A stretch of DNA of 64,000 nucleotides from Acidobacteriota bacterium (GTDB taxonomy: Bacteria > Acidobacteriota > UBA6911 > RPQK01 > JAJDTT01): positions 5,888,001 to 5,952,000 of the forward strand of contig CBDCJH010000002.1 in assembly GCA_965217775.1 (NCBI GenBank). Reading direction: 5' to 3'. Under the pieces are notes generated by a model that saw nothing but the letters and a program-made list of their open reading frames with translations, was not told the origin of the DNA and did no database searches. This document shows, in pieces, positions 46,900 through 55,819 of the stretch. Both the position numbers and the translations under genes were made by a program. Each line of letters starts with the position of its first letter. Position 1 is the first letter of the stretch.

Positions 46900-48330
46900 A
46901 TGAAACTCCTGGCGATCGGAGTGGCGGCAGTGGTGCTGGCGCTGGATCTCCTCACCAAGTGGTGGGTCAAGAACACCGCCTGGCTGCACTACTACAAGGT
47001 CATCGACGGATTCTTCACGATCCACTTCGTCCGCAACGAGGGCATTGCATTCGGCTTGTTCCATTCCAATCCATCGGCCTGGAAACCGGTGATCCTTTCT
47101 TTCCTGGCCGTCGCAGCGGCGATCATGGTGCTGTATTACATCTGGACCAGTCCTCCCGGGGAAAGAGGCGTCCAATTGTTTCTGGGGCTTCTGTTGGGAG
47201 GGATCCTGGGGAATTTCTGCGACCGGCTGTCACGTGGGTATGTCGTCGATTTTCTGGAGTTTCATTGGCAGGACCGTTTCGCTTGGCCGACCTTCAATCT
47301 GGCCGATGCCGCAATTACCTGCGGAGTCGCGGCGATTCTCTACCAGGGCTTTTTCGGAACGGGAAGCGGGGACCGGGCCGCGAACCGTCCCCGCCCGAGA
47401 AACTCCGGCACCTTGGGTGCGATTCTTCTGGCAGGTATGCTCTCGGCGCCCCTGCTGGGACAATCGTCCTCCCCCGGGGCGCTGGAAATCGTGGACCGCG
47501 TCCAGGAGCGGTACGAACAGGTCGAAAGCTTCGCCGCCGATTTTCGGCAGGTTTTCCAGTCGCAGGGGGTCTATTTCGAGAGCGACTGGGGAGAGGGGAT
47601 TCTGCTGATGAAGCGCCCTGGAAAGATGTACTGGGAATACCAGCGTCCCACCAGGAAGCTGTTCGTAGCCGACGGCAAACAGACCTTCTTCTACGTCCCC
47701 AGTGAGAATCAGGTGACGATCTCCGATCTGGACCCGGAGACCGCGGATACGCCGCTGCTTTTTCTGCTGGGACCGAAACGGATCCGGGATGATTTCCTGG
47801 TGCAATTCGAGACCGGGGAAGGGCCGTTGGACGAATCCAACCTCCTCCTTCGCTTGACGCCCATTCGGGCCCGGCCTGAATTCAGCTACCTGCTGTTGGA
47901 GTTGTCACCGAAGACTTATCTCATCCAAAGATTGTCCGTAGTCGAGCCTATCGGGAACCGGAACGACTACATCTTCAGCCGTTTCCGGGAGAACGTGAAG
48001 ATTCGAGACAAGCAGTTCCGCCTGGAGTTGCCGGACGGAGTGGAGATCATCCGAATCGGATCGAGCGCCGGTTTCAGGCCGGAGGAAGATCCCGGCCGGT
48101 CTCCCCATCGAAGTCGGCTCGTCACCGGGATGGAGAGGACAGGTACGTTAACAGCCCGTGGTGAAAGTCGTCACGGCATTCGACCGTCCCTGCATCCCGG
48201 CGGACGGCGTTGCTATCGGCTCACATACTCCCGGTATGCTCCCTCATCGCGCCTTGTCCGGCGGGCGCAGGAACGGTCTCGGTGCGCGCGAGACTTTCAC
48301 CACGGACTGTTAAGGAGAGTGCCGATTTGA
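46900..48330 (+). CDS. lspA: Fusion of lipoprotein signal peptidase II and LolA-family lipoprotein carrier, with a MITE-derived C-terminal tail
   Basis: LDLLTK, NEGIAFG, GNFCDR..VVDF, FNLAD (LspA), then FAADFRQ, KRPGKMYWEY, VADGKQTFFYVP, F..P.GVEII (LolA), with no intervening stop. Confidence 0.9.
   Translation: MKLLAIGVAAVVLALDLLTKWWVKNTAWLHYYKVIDGFFTIHFVRNEGIAFGLFHSNPSAWKPVILSFLAVAAAIMVLYYIWTSPPGERGVQLFLGLLLGGILGNFCDRLSRGYVVDFLEFHWQDRFAWPTFNLADAAITCGVAAILYQGFFGTGSGDRAANRPRPRNSGTLGAILLAGMLSAPLLGQSSSPGALEIVDRVQERYEQVESFAADFRQVFQSQGVYFESDWGEGILLMKRPGKMYWEYQRPTRKLFVADGKQTFFYVPSENQVTISDLDPETADTPLLFLLGPKRIRDDFLVQFETGEGPLDESNLLLRLTPIRARPEFSYLLLELSPKTYLIQRLSVVEPIGNRNDYIFSRFRENVKIRDKQFRLELPDGVEIIRIGSSAGFRPEEDPGRSPHRSRLVTGMERTGTLTARGESRHGIRPSLHPGGRRCYRLTYSRYAPSSRLVRRAQERSRCARDFHHGLLRRVPI
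48152..48309 (-). mobile_element. MITE-A full copy (158 bp) with TTAA target duplication, in frame within the lspA-lolA ORF
   Basis: TTAA at 48148-48151 and 48310-48313. Confidence 0.92.
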
Positions 48331-49331
48331 GCGAGATTCGGGCGAACATAACGGCCGTGGGGATGTACGTTCCGGAGAAGCGCGTCACGAACCAGGACTT
48401 GAGCCGGGTTCTGGACACTTCCGACCAGTGGATTCGAGAGCGAACCGGGATCTCGGAACGCCGGATTGCCGGCAAGGACGAGGCCAACAGCGACCTCTCG
48501 GTTCGAGCCATCCAAAACGCTTTGGAAGGCACGCCGCATCGCCCTGAAGACATCGACCTCATCATTGTCACCACCGTCACTCCGGACATGATGTTTCCTT
48601 CGACCGCCTGCCGGATCCAGGAAAAGATCGGGGCCAGGAACGCGTGGGGATTCGATCTGTCCGGCGCCTGCTCCGGGTTCCTTTTCGGCCTCTCGACGGC
48701 TGCGCAGTTCATTCGGACGGGAACCCACAAGAAGGTCCTGGTGGTGGGAACCGACGTGATGAGCTCCATCATCGACTTCAAGGACCGGGCCACCTGCGTT
48801 CTCTTCGGAGACGGCGCCGGGGCCGTTCTCCTGGAGCCCACCGAGGAGGAGGAGACGGGCATCCTGGACACGACCCTGGGGTGCGACGGGTCAGGAGGGA
48901 AATTCCTGTTCATGCCCGCCGGAGGGAGTCACCGCCCCGCGAGCCACGAAACCGTGAACAAGCGAATGCACTATGTCCATCAGGACGGCAGGAACGTCTT
49001 CAAGTTCGCGGTCCGGGTCATGTGCCAAACTTCGGTCGGATTGCTCCGGCGAAACGGCATTCCCACCGATGAGCTGTCGCTTTTCGTCCCCCACCAGGCC
49101 AACCTGCGAATCATCAAGTCGTCCATGACGCGCCTGAAATTGAGAGAGGAGCAGGTTGCGGTCAACATCGACCGCTATGCCAACACCACGGCGGCGACCA
49201 TCCCCACCTGTCTGGCCGAAGCTCACCGGCAGGGACGATTGAAGAAGCGGGACAAGATCCTCATGGTCTCCTTCGGAGCGGGATTCACCTGGGGGGGGAT
49301 TCTTCTCGGCTGGGGAATGGATCCGCCTTAG
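48327..49331 (+). CDS. fabH: 3-oxoacyl-ACP synthase III
   Basis: DTSDQWIRERTGI, GACSGF, LFGDGAGA, PHQAN, ANT, FGAGFTWG; AAGGAG RBS plus TTG. Confidence 0.95.
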   Translation: MSEIRANITAVGMYVPEKRVTNQDLSRVLDTSDQWIRERTGISERRIAGKDEANSDLSVRAIQNALEGTPHRPEDIDLIIVTTVTPDMMFPSTACRIQEKIGARNAWGFDLSGACSGFLFGLSTAAQFIRTGTHKKVLVVGTDVMSSIIDFKDRATCVLFGDGAGAVLLEPTEEEETGILDTTLGCDGSGGKFLFMPAGGSHRPASHETVNKRMHYVHQDGRNVFKFAVRVMCQTSVGLLRRNGIPTDELSLFVPHQANLRIIKSSMTRLKLREEQVAVNIDRYANTTAATIPTCLAEAHRQGRLKKRDKILMVSFGAGFTWGGILLGWGMDPP

Positions 49332-49382
49332 GCCGCATTTCTTGGCGGGCGTATCTCCAGTGAGATACTCGGGCTGATGGCG

Positions 49383-49907
49383 TCAGATGAAGAGTTCCTC
49401 TTCAGGCGACTTGGTTCCGGTCTTTTTCCCTCGCCGCCCCAGTAGAAACGATAGTCCCGACCGGACCCCTTTGAAGAAGGAACCGATTTCCAGAATGGGT
49501 CTCAAGACGTCCTTCTGAATCACTTCGCTGGTCTGCTCGAACTTTTCGACGGTGTCGGTGACCAGGCCGTCCACTCTCTGGGCCTGATCGTGGCCCAGCC
49601 GAATCACTTCCTTCACCAGGCCATCCACCTCTTCGGTGGTTCTTCGGAAAGCGCCCATTACGAAGCGGACATTGTCGTTGAACTCGTTGCCGAGCTGCCG
49701 CACCGGCTCCAGACTCTCGGACACTTGGGTCAATTTGCTGCTGACGGACTCGACAGCCGCTTGAAGTTTCCGGGTCTCCTGCTGCAGTTCCTCGGCCATC
49801 TTTCGAACCGTCTGGGCCGCCCGCCACACGGCTAGGGCTTGAAGGGTCATGGAGAGGGCGGTAATGCCGATGAACAGGATGAGCAGGAGTTCAGCGCTCA
49901 AGTGCAT
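49383..49907 (-). CDS. DUF948/YoxC-like membrane-anchored helical protein
   Basis: N-terminal TM followed by an amphipathic coiled coil; adjacent to YtxH. Confidence 0.65.
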   Translation of the reverse strand: MHLSAELLLILFIGITALSMTLQALAVWRAAQTVRKMAEELQQETRKLQAAVESVSSKLTQVSESLEPVRQLGNEFNDNVRFVMGAFRRTTEEVDGLVKEVIRLGHDQAQRVDGLVTDTVEKFEQTSEVIQKDVLRPILEIGSFFKGVRSGLSFLLGRRGKKTGTKSPEEELFI

Positions 49908-49985
49908 TCCCCACGGTTAGGACCGGATCGAACGAGGGACGGTGCTCCGTCCTCGGAATCAAGACGCGTTGTCTTCGTCCGGACC

Positions 49986-50321
49986 TCAGTCGGCGGACTC
50001 TTCCTGCGTCTCCGTCTCGCCCCGATAGGTCCGGCGTGCGGCATCCAGGACGACTCCGAGTTGCTCCTTCTTCTTCCGGAGACTCTCCCTTTCCCGGTTC
50101 AGGGTCTGACTGGCCTTGCCGGCAAGCTCTCGCCCCCTCTCCTCCAATGTGTCCCTGCCTTCCCGGAGCCTTCGACCGGCCTTGTCGGCGCCCTCTCGAG
50201 CTTTGCCTTCCAACAGGCCCCGAGTCTCTTCACCTGACTGGGGGGCCAGCAACAGCGCCACGCACGCGCCCACAAAGCTGCCGATGAGAAAATAGACCAG
50301 CTTGTCTCCACTTGAGGCCAT
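49986..50321 (-). CDS. YtxH-domain protein
   Basis: FLIGSFVGACVALLLAPQSGEETR. Confidence 0.9.
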   Translation of the reverse strand: MASSGDKLVYFLIGSFVGACVALLLAPQSGEETRGLLEGKAREGADKAGRRLREGRDTLEERGRELAGKASQTLNRERESLRKKKEQLGVVLDAARRTYRGETETQEESAD

Positions 50322-50545
50322 AGCCGTTACTCCTTCCGGTCCCGGTCCGGATCCATCAGGTCAAGGTTATCATAGGCAGGATGAGGCGTGGCGAAGGAGG
50401 AGAAGGCGCGGGAACGGGATGTGCCCGGCAGAACGATATGGTGTCTGCTTCCTGCTACTCCGCTCGATGAGCTCCCTCTGCGGCCGGGTTTGTGGAGGCA
50501 GACGGGTCTCGGGTAGAATACCGGGCGTTACGGAAGGAAGCTGCG

Positions 50546-50788
50546 GTGATCAAGGATTTGCTGCCCAGACAGGTCGTGTGCAACGAGAGAAATGCCAAGG
50601 GCAAGCCCTGCCACGGCAAGTTGAAACGATATTATCCGTTTGCCGGATACTACAACGAGCCCGATAAAACGCTCCGGCAGGAAATCGAGAGCGAGTTCGG
50701 AAAGAAAAAGACTTTGGTGCTGCTCAAGTGCGAGGAGTGCGCCGTCGTATTCCGGCTGCCTGGGGAATTGAAGGTCAAGTTCGGCTGA
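50546..50788 (+). CDS. Small putative Zn-binding hypothetical protein
   Basis: AAGGAAG RBS plus GTG; C-x9-C ... CEEC. Confidence 0.65.
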   Translation: MIKDLLPRQVVCNERNAKGKPCHGKLKRYYPFAGYYNEPDKTLRQEIESEFGKKKTLVLLKCEECAVVFRLPGELKVKFG

Positions 50789-50896
50789 ACCGAGTCCGGA
50801 CCCCGCACCAATTACTGCGTAGTACTTATTCTGCTTTCATCTCACGGGACTGCTGGCCGAGTCTGCCAGCGGCCCCTGTCTGCCGTCGTGCTCCAG

Positions 50897-51511
50897 ATGC
50901 AGATTTACACCGATTTTGACGGAACCATTACCGATCGGGACTCTATCGTCCTGCTGGTCCAGGAGTTCGGAGGCGGCGACCGCTATCGGCGAGACCTGCT
51001 GGCCGAATTCGAGAACGGGACCCTGTCGGCGGCCGAGGTGATCGCCGAGGAGATCGCCTCGGTCGACGCCTCGTGGGAAGAGGTCGCCGCCTGTCTCAAG
51101 CAAATGGTCCGAGTCGACCCCACTTTTCCCGGGTTCGTGAACTGGTGCCGCGAATCTTCGATTCCTCTCCGTGTCGTCAGTTCGGGGCTGGAGCAGATCA
51201 TCAACTTCATGATCGGAGACCTGGGGTTGCCTGTCGTGGCGCATACGGCCCGGATCGACGGTCGGAGTTGGCGCTACTATCGGCGGCCGGAGTCGGAGAA
51301 GGAGTCGGTGGTGCGGGCGGCGAGCGAGGCCGATGAGGTCACCTTCATCGGCGACGGCATATCGGATATCTGTGTTCTCCCCTATGTGGATCGCGTCTTT
51401 GCAAAACGCTACCTGGAAAAGTATTGCCGGAAACGGAGTATCGACTTTTTCCCCTACGACACCTTCCAGGACGTCCGGAACCAGTTGCAGGCCGAGTTCC
51501 AATCGGACTGA
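50897..51511 (+). CDS. HAD-IB phosphatase (MtnX-like)
   Basis: TDFDGTIT, VVSSG, FIGDGISD, VFAK. Confidence 0.88.
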   Translation: MQIYTDFDGTITDRDSIVLLVQEFGGGDRYRRDLLAEFENGTLSAAEVIAEEIASVDASWEEVAACLKQMVRVDPTFPGFVNWCRESSIPLRVVSSGLEQIINFMIGDLGLPVVAHTARIDGRSWRYYRRPESEKESVVRAASEADEVTFIGDGISDICVLPYVDRVFAKRYLEKYCRKRSIDFFPYDTFQDVRNQLQAEFQSD

Positions 51512-51513
51512 TT

Positions 51514-52542
51514 TCACACTGGCCAGTACGGGCTCAGGACGGGACGGAGCTGATCCATATAGGGCACTGAATTCGGACTGGGTTCCAGCTCGGGACCGGC
51601 TTCCGGCGGGTCCATGCCGGCGGCCACCGTAGTCCCCACAGAGGCGGCCAAGGCCTTCAGGTTGTAGCCGCCTTCCAGCACGTAGAGAATCCTGCCGCCG
51701 CAGATCTTCCCGGCGGCACGGTTCAGATCCACCGCCATCCTGGCGTAGCCTCGCTCATCCAACAGCATTCCGGCCAGGGGATCATCCCGGTGGGCGTCGA
51801 ATCCCGCGGAAACCAGAATCAACTCGGGCTCGTAGCTGACCAGGACGGGCAGCACCATGCCGAGCAGCAGGGAGGAATAGAAGCCGTTGTTCTGACCGGC
51901 GGGAATCGGGAAATTGACCGTCATCCCCTTGCCTTTCCCCACGCCCACTTCGGTGTAGTAGCCGGTTCCCGGGTACAGAGGGTGCTGGTGCATGGACACG
52001 TAGAGAACGTCGTCCCGGTGGTAGAAGGCGGCCTGGGTGCCATTGCCATGGTGGACATCGAAGTCGACGATGGCCAAGCGCCGAACCAGACCCTGGTCCA
52101 GGGCCCACTGGGCGCCCACGGCCACGTTGTTGAAGAGGCAGAAACCCATCGCCTTCCCCGGTTCGGCGTGGTGGCCGGGTGGCCTGACGGCCGCGAACCC
52201 GGAGTCGAGGTCTCCTCGAAAGAGAAGCTCGATCATTCGAATGACGCTCCCTGCGGCCAGCAGCGCCACGTCAGGGGAAGCTCCGCCCGAATAGGTGTCC
52301 CAGTCCAGGGGATGGAGCGGTTGATATCGTGTCCCCCGGATATTGGCCACGTGGTCTTGCGTGTGGACCCGGAGGACGGCCTCTTCGGGTGCGGGCACGG
52401 GCGCCACTTGCACTAAACGGTTGAATGCCGAGTGAGCGGACAGTCTCTGGGAGATGGCTCGGAGCCTGTCCGGACGTTCGGGATGCTCAGGTGGGACCTG
52501 GTGTTCGAGGAAGACCGGATCCGACACCAGGCCATAGCGCAT
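51514..52542 (-). CDS. Histone deacetylase family (class II-like) amidohydrolase
   Basis: HPERPDRL, RPPGHHA, GFCLFNN, DFDVHHGNGTQ, SAGFDAH, LEGGY. Confidence 0.95.
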   Translation of the reverse strand: MRYGLVSDPVFLEHQVPPEHPERPDRLRAISQRLSAHSAFNRLVQVAPVPAPEEAVLRVHTQDHVANIRGTRYQPLHPLDWDTYSGGASPDVALLAAGSVIRMIELLFRGDLDSGFAAVRPPGHHAEPGKAMGFCLFNNVAVGAQWALDQGLVRRLAIVDFDVHHGNGTQAAFYHRDDVLYVSMHQHPLYPGTGYYTEVGVGKGKGMTVNFPIPAGQNNGFYSSLLLGMVLPVLVSYEPELILVSAGFDAHRDDPLAGMLLDERGYARMAVDLNRAAGKICGGRILYVLEGGYNLKALAASVGTTVAAGMDPPEAGPELEPSPNSVPYMDQLRPVLSPYWPV

Positions 52543-53216
52543 CAGACCCCTCTCGTCTCGGCTCCCCAGAAGATCTTGTGCAACTGCACCTGGATCCGGA
52601 CGGGAAGACCGTCCTCCAGGATCCAGCGGGCCAGCCGCCCGGCCTCCATGCGATTCCATTCCGGCGAAAACAGGACCAGGTGCCTCCGGGTCAGTTCCAG
52701 CTCGAGGGTCTTCCGTTTGGCCCACTCGTAGTCGTGCCGCGTGGAAATCACGAACTTGATTTCATCGTGCGGTCGCAGGTGATCCAGGTTCTCCCAACGA
52801 TTTCGTCCCTCCATGAGGCTGTCCGGACACTTGATGTCGTAGATCAGGACCGCTCTGGGATCCACCGGACGGATGTCCAGGCTGCCCCCGGTCTCGATCA
52901 GGACCCTTTTGCCCGCGTTCAGAAGCCTCTCTACGAGGGTGTGCGCCCGGGAGTGAAGCAGGGGCTCTCCTCCCGTGATCTCCACCAGGTCGGTAGGGTA
53001 CTGCTCCAATCTGCCGGCGATCTGCGACAGCGACATCCGGATGCCCCCCTCGAAGGCGTATTCGGTATCGCAGTAGTTGCACCTGAGATTGCAGCCGGTC
53101 AGCCGCACGAACGCGCAGGGTTGCCCGCTGTAACTGGATTCTCCCTGGATGCTGAAGAAGATCTCGGTGACGGGGAGAGTCCCGGTCTTTCGGTCTGTCG
53201 AGGCGGCGATGCTCAT
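52542..53216 (-). CDS. queE: Radical SAM 7-carboxy-7-deazaguanine synthase
   Basis: EIFFSIQGE, CNLRCNYCDT, ITGGEPL, QLHK. Confidence 0.9.
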   Translation of the reverse strand: MSIAASTDRKTGTLPVTEIFFSIQGESSYSGQPCAFVRLTGCNLRCNYCDTEYAFEGGIRMSLSQIAGRLEQYPTDLVEITGGEPLLHSRAHTLVERLLNAGKRVLIETGGSLDIRPVDPRAVLIYDIKCPDSLMEGRNRWENLDHLRPHDEIKFVISTRHDYEWAKRKTLELELTRRHLVLFSPEWNRMEAGRLARWILEDGLPVRIQVQLHKIFWGAETRGV

Positions 53217-53312
53217 CAGTGCCTCCCGTAGTATACCCGGGACGAAGAGGACAGGAGGAAAAGAGGACGGAGATAAGAGAATGGGAGGCGGCGGCATGGG
53301 AAGGATGGGCGC

Positions 53313-53340
53313 ATGCCGTGACGGATTTCACCTGAGGCTG
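53313..53340 (+). mobile_element. Degenerate MITE-A right end
   Basis: atgccgtgacggatttcacctgaggctg followed by CTAG. Confidence 0.6.
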
Positions 53341-53374
53341 CTAGAATCGGAAAAAAGATCAAGGAGACACCCAG

Positions 53375-55120
53375 ATGAGTTGGAGTGGCCGGATGGCCGT
53401 CGGCGTGGTTGCGGTCGCGGCGTTTTCGTTCGTATTTCCCCGGGTCGGCAGGGAAATTCGGGACGAGTACGTTCAGCGTTTCGAGAACAAGGCGGTCTTT
53501 CTGAAGGTTCCGGTCCGCGGACTGCAGCAGGTGGTCCACGTCTTGGATTCCGGCGCCAAGCTCGACCGGGGGAACCTGAACCAACCGGTGAGCTTCAAGG
53601 TCGGGGATCAGGTTCGGATCATCGACGTGAATTTCAGGGACAAAATGGTCCGGTTCCGATTCTCATCCGTGGACACGACCCGTGAGGGTTCGTTGGAATT
53701 CCGGTTTCCCGTCTCGACACAACAAACTTTCCCCCAGAGAGAGAACTTCGAAAAAAGCCTGGCGAGCAGCCTGACCGAAGGACTTTCCTACAAGGAGTTG
53801 GAATCCGCCAAAGGAGAGTTCATCCGGGGGCAGGTGAAGACTCTGGTCCGCGAATTCGCCACGACCACCAACACTCCGGATGAGGTGGTGCTGCGGACCA
53901 TCGTGGAGGACAGCCCTCAGTACCAGGCTCTGGAGCGGGAGTATTCTCAGATCCAAAAGAAAAACCAGGTCCTCGATCGGGACGTGTCCCGGTTGGGACG
54001 GGCCAGTCGAGAGCAACGCGCGCAGATCGCGGACATGACGGTCGAACTGGACCGTCTCAGAACCCAGGTCCGGGAATTGGAGCGGGACCAGAACCTGGCG
54101 ACCAGGACCCGGCGATCTCTGGAAGGGCAGTTGAAGGACGCCCAGGTCAAGATGCACGAGCTCTTGGGCAGCCTCAATCTCGAGTCGGCCTCGAACGCCG
54201 AGCTGGACAACCGGATGCAGTCGTTGAGCGCGGGCATCGAGTCGGCGCGCCGGGAGCGGGAGAAGCTCTCGGAGGATTTGGCACAGGCCCGCGCCGACTT
54301 GAACGAGCGGGAACATGCCAATTCGAAGCTCACCGCCGACTTGAAGAAGGTCCGGGACCGGAACCGGCGGCTCTCCTCGGAACTCCGGAGTCTGACCTCC
54401 AACAAGGACAGCATTCAGTCCCAGTTTCTGCAGGCCAAACGGCAGAGCGACGCCTTGGAGATGGCCTCTCGCCTGAGCGCCGGCCTGCGTCTGGAGAGGT
54501 CGTTCCAGGAGCTGGAGGGACGGCCTTTGGAAATTGCCGACCTCTATTTGCTTTCCAAACGGGTCGGCCGGTTTGAGATCGAGACTCCGGATCATCCAGG
54601 ACAGATCTGCAGGATTAAGTTTCTGATGGAGTCTCCGGACCGGGTGGAATTCCAGGAGGAAGAACGGGTCCTATTCGATTCCCTGGGAGAACGTTTCAAG
54701 ATTGAGCCATCCTGGTCCTTTGCGGGTGACCGGCTGAGGGCGGTTCTCATGGAGGGGGAGGCGGCCAGGGAGGCCAAGCCCCGCGAGGCGGTCGAGTGGA
54801 CCTGGATTTTGGAAGGTGAAATCTCGGAACCGGAGCGGGCTCAGTTGCGGGTTCTATTCGTCAACTCGGACGATCAGAAAATCTCTCTGGATCCCCATGA
54901 GTTCTATTTGACGCCACCGGGGCTGATGTCCTATCTGATCCGTAGCTTTTCGCCCGTCTCCCTGGGGGCGGGCGTGTTCCTGGGTCTGGTTTTCGCCGGG
55001 GTTGCCGGACTCTTCCGGAGACGTTCTTCTTCCAAGTCTTCCAAACCTTCCAAGCGCAGGCCGACTCAGCCGGCTCCGGAAAAGCCCGATCGCGAATACG
55101 TGATCAAGAAAAAGCTTTAG
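53375..55120 (+). CDS. Exported long coiled-coil protein with C-terminal TM anchor
   Basis: N-terminal hydrophobic segment, roughly 190-aa heptad region, C-terminal TM plus basic tail; AAGGAG RBS. Confidence 0.75.
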   Translation: MSWSGRMAVGVVAVAAFSFVFPRVGREIRDEYVQRFENKAVFLKVPVRGLQQVVHVLDSGAKLDRGNLNQPVSFKVGDQVRIIDVNFRDKMVRFRFSSVDTTREGSLEFRFPVSTQQTFPQRENFEKSLASSLTEGLSYKELESAKGEFIRGQVKTLVREFATTTNTPDEVVLRTIVEDSPQYQALEREYSQIQKKNQVLDRDVSRLGRASREQRAQIADMTVELDRLRTQVRELERDQNLATRTRRSLEGQLKDAQVKMHELLGSLNLESASNAELDNRMQSLSAGIESARREREKLSEDLAQARADLNEREHANSKLTADLKKVRDRNRRLSSELRSLTSNKDSIQSQFLQAKRQSDALEMASRLSAGLRLERSFQELEGRPLEIADLYLLSKRVGRFEIETPDHPGQICRIKFLMESPDRVEFQEEERVLFDSLGERFKIEPSWSFAGDRLRAVLMEGEAAREAKPREAVEWTWILEGEISEPERAQLRVLFVNSDDQKISLDPHEFYLTPPGLMSYLIRSFSPVSLGAGVFLGLVFAGVAGLFRRRSSSKSSKPSKRRPTQPAPEKPDREYVIKKKL

Positions 55121-55131
55121 TCTGATGCTCT

Positions 55132-55782
55132 ATGGTCAACCGTAAGGAAGCCCGTCGCGTCTTTGAGATCATCCGCCTCCTGGAGCAGGAGTACGGAGAG
55201 GCCGAGTGCGCTCTCCATCACGAGGACGCCTACCAACTCCTTGTGGCCACCATTCTCTCCGCCCAGTGCACCGATGCCCGGGTGAACATGGTGACTCCGG
55301 CCCTCTTTCGCCGATTTCCCGATCCCCACGCTCTGGCCCAAGCGGAGCTGGACGAACTCCAGGAAATCATACGCAGCACGGGATTCTTCAGGAACAAGGC
55401 TCGGAGCCTTCAGGGATCCGCCAGAAGGCTGGTGGACGAGTTCGACGGAGAAGTTCCATCGAACATGCCGGACCTTCTGAAGCTGCCCGGAGTGGCCCGG
55501 AAGACGGCCAACGTGGTTCTGGGCACCGCTTACGGCATCGCCACCGGAGTGGTGGTGGATACGCACGTAGGCCGTCTCTCCAGACGATTGGGGCTGACCT
55601 ACGAAAAGACTCCGGTGAAGGTGGAAAAGGATCTGATGGGCATGATTCCCCGTGAAGAGTGGATCAACTTCGCACACCGTCTGATCCACCACGGGAGGCG
55701 GGTCTGCCAGTCTCGACGTCCCCGCTGCGGAGAATGCGCTTTCGCCGACCTCTGCCCAAGAGTTGGAGTGACGATTTCCTGA
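55132..55782 (+). CDS. nth: Endonuclease III
   Basis: ILSAQCTD, LPGVARKTAN, VDTHV, C-x6-C-x2-C-x5-C. Confidence 0.97.
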   Translation: MVNRKEARRVFEIIRLLEQEYGEAECALHHEDAYQLLVATILSAQCTDARVNMVTPALFRRFPDPHALAQAELDELQEIIRSTGFFRNKARSLQGSARRLVDEFDGEVPSNMPDLLKLPGVARKTANVVLGTAYGIATGVVVDTHVGRLSRRLGLTYEKTPVKVEKDLMGMIPREEWINFAHRLIHHGRRVCQSRRPRCGECAFADLCPRVGVTIS

Positions 55783-55790
55783 GACGAATT

Positions 55791-55819
55791 GGGCGCCCAC
55801 ACACACGGGGCGCCCCTAC
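55791..55819 (-). repeat. GTAG-type REP overlapping the thiD stop
   Basis: Minus strand GTAGGGGCGCCCCGTGTGTGTGGGCGCCC. Confidence 0.7.

Noticed and set aside
48210-48326. Long N-terminal extension of FabH in the ORF track
   Set aside because: MITE-derived; the real start is TTG 48327 with an AAGGAG RBS.
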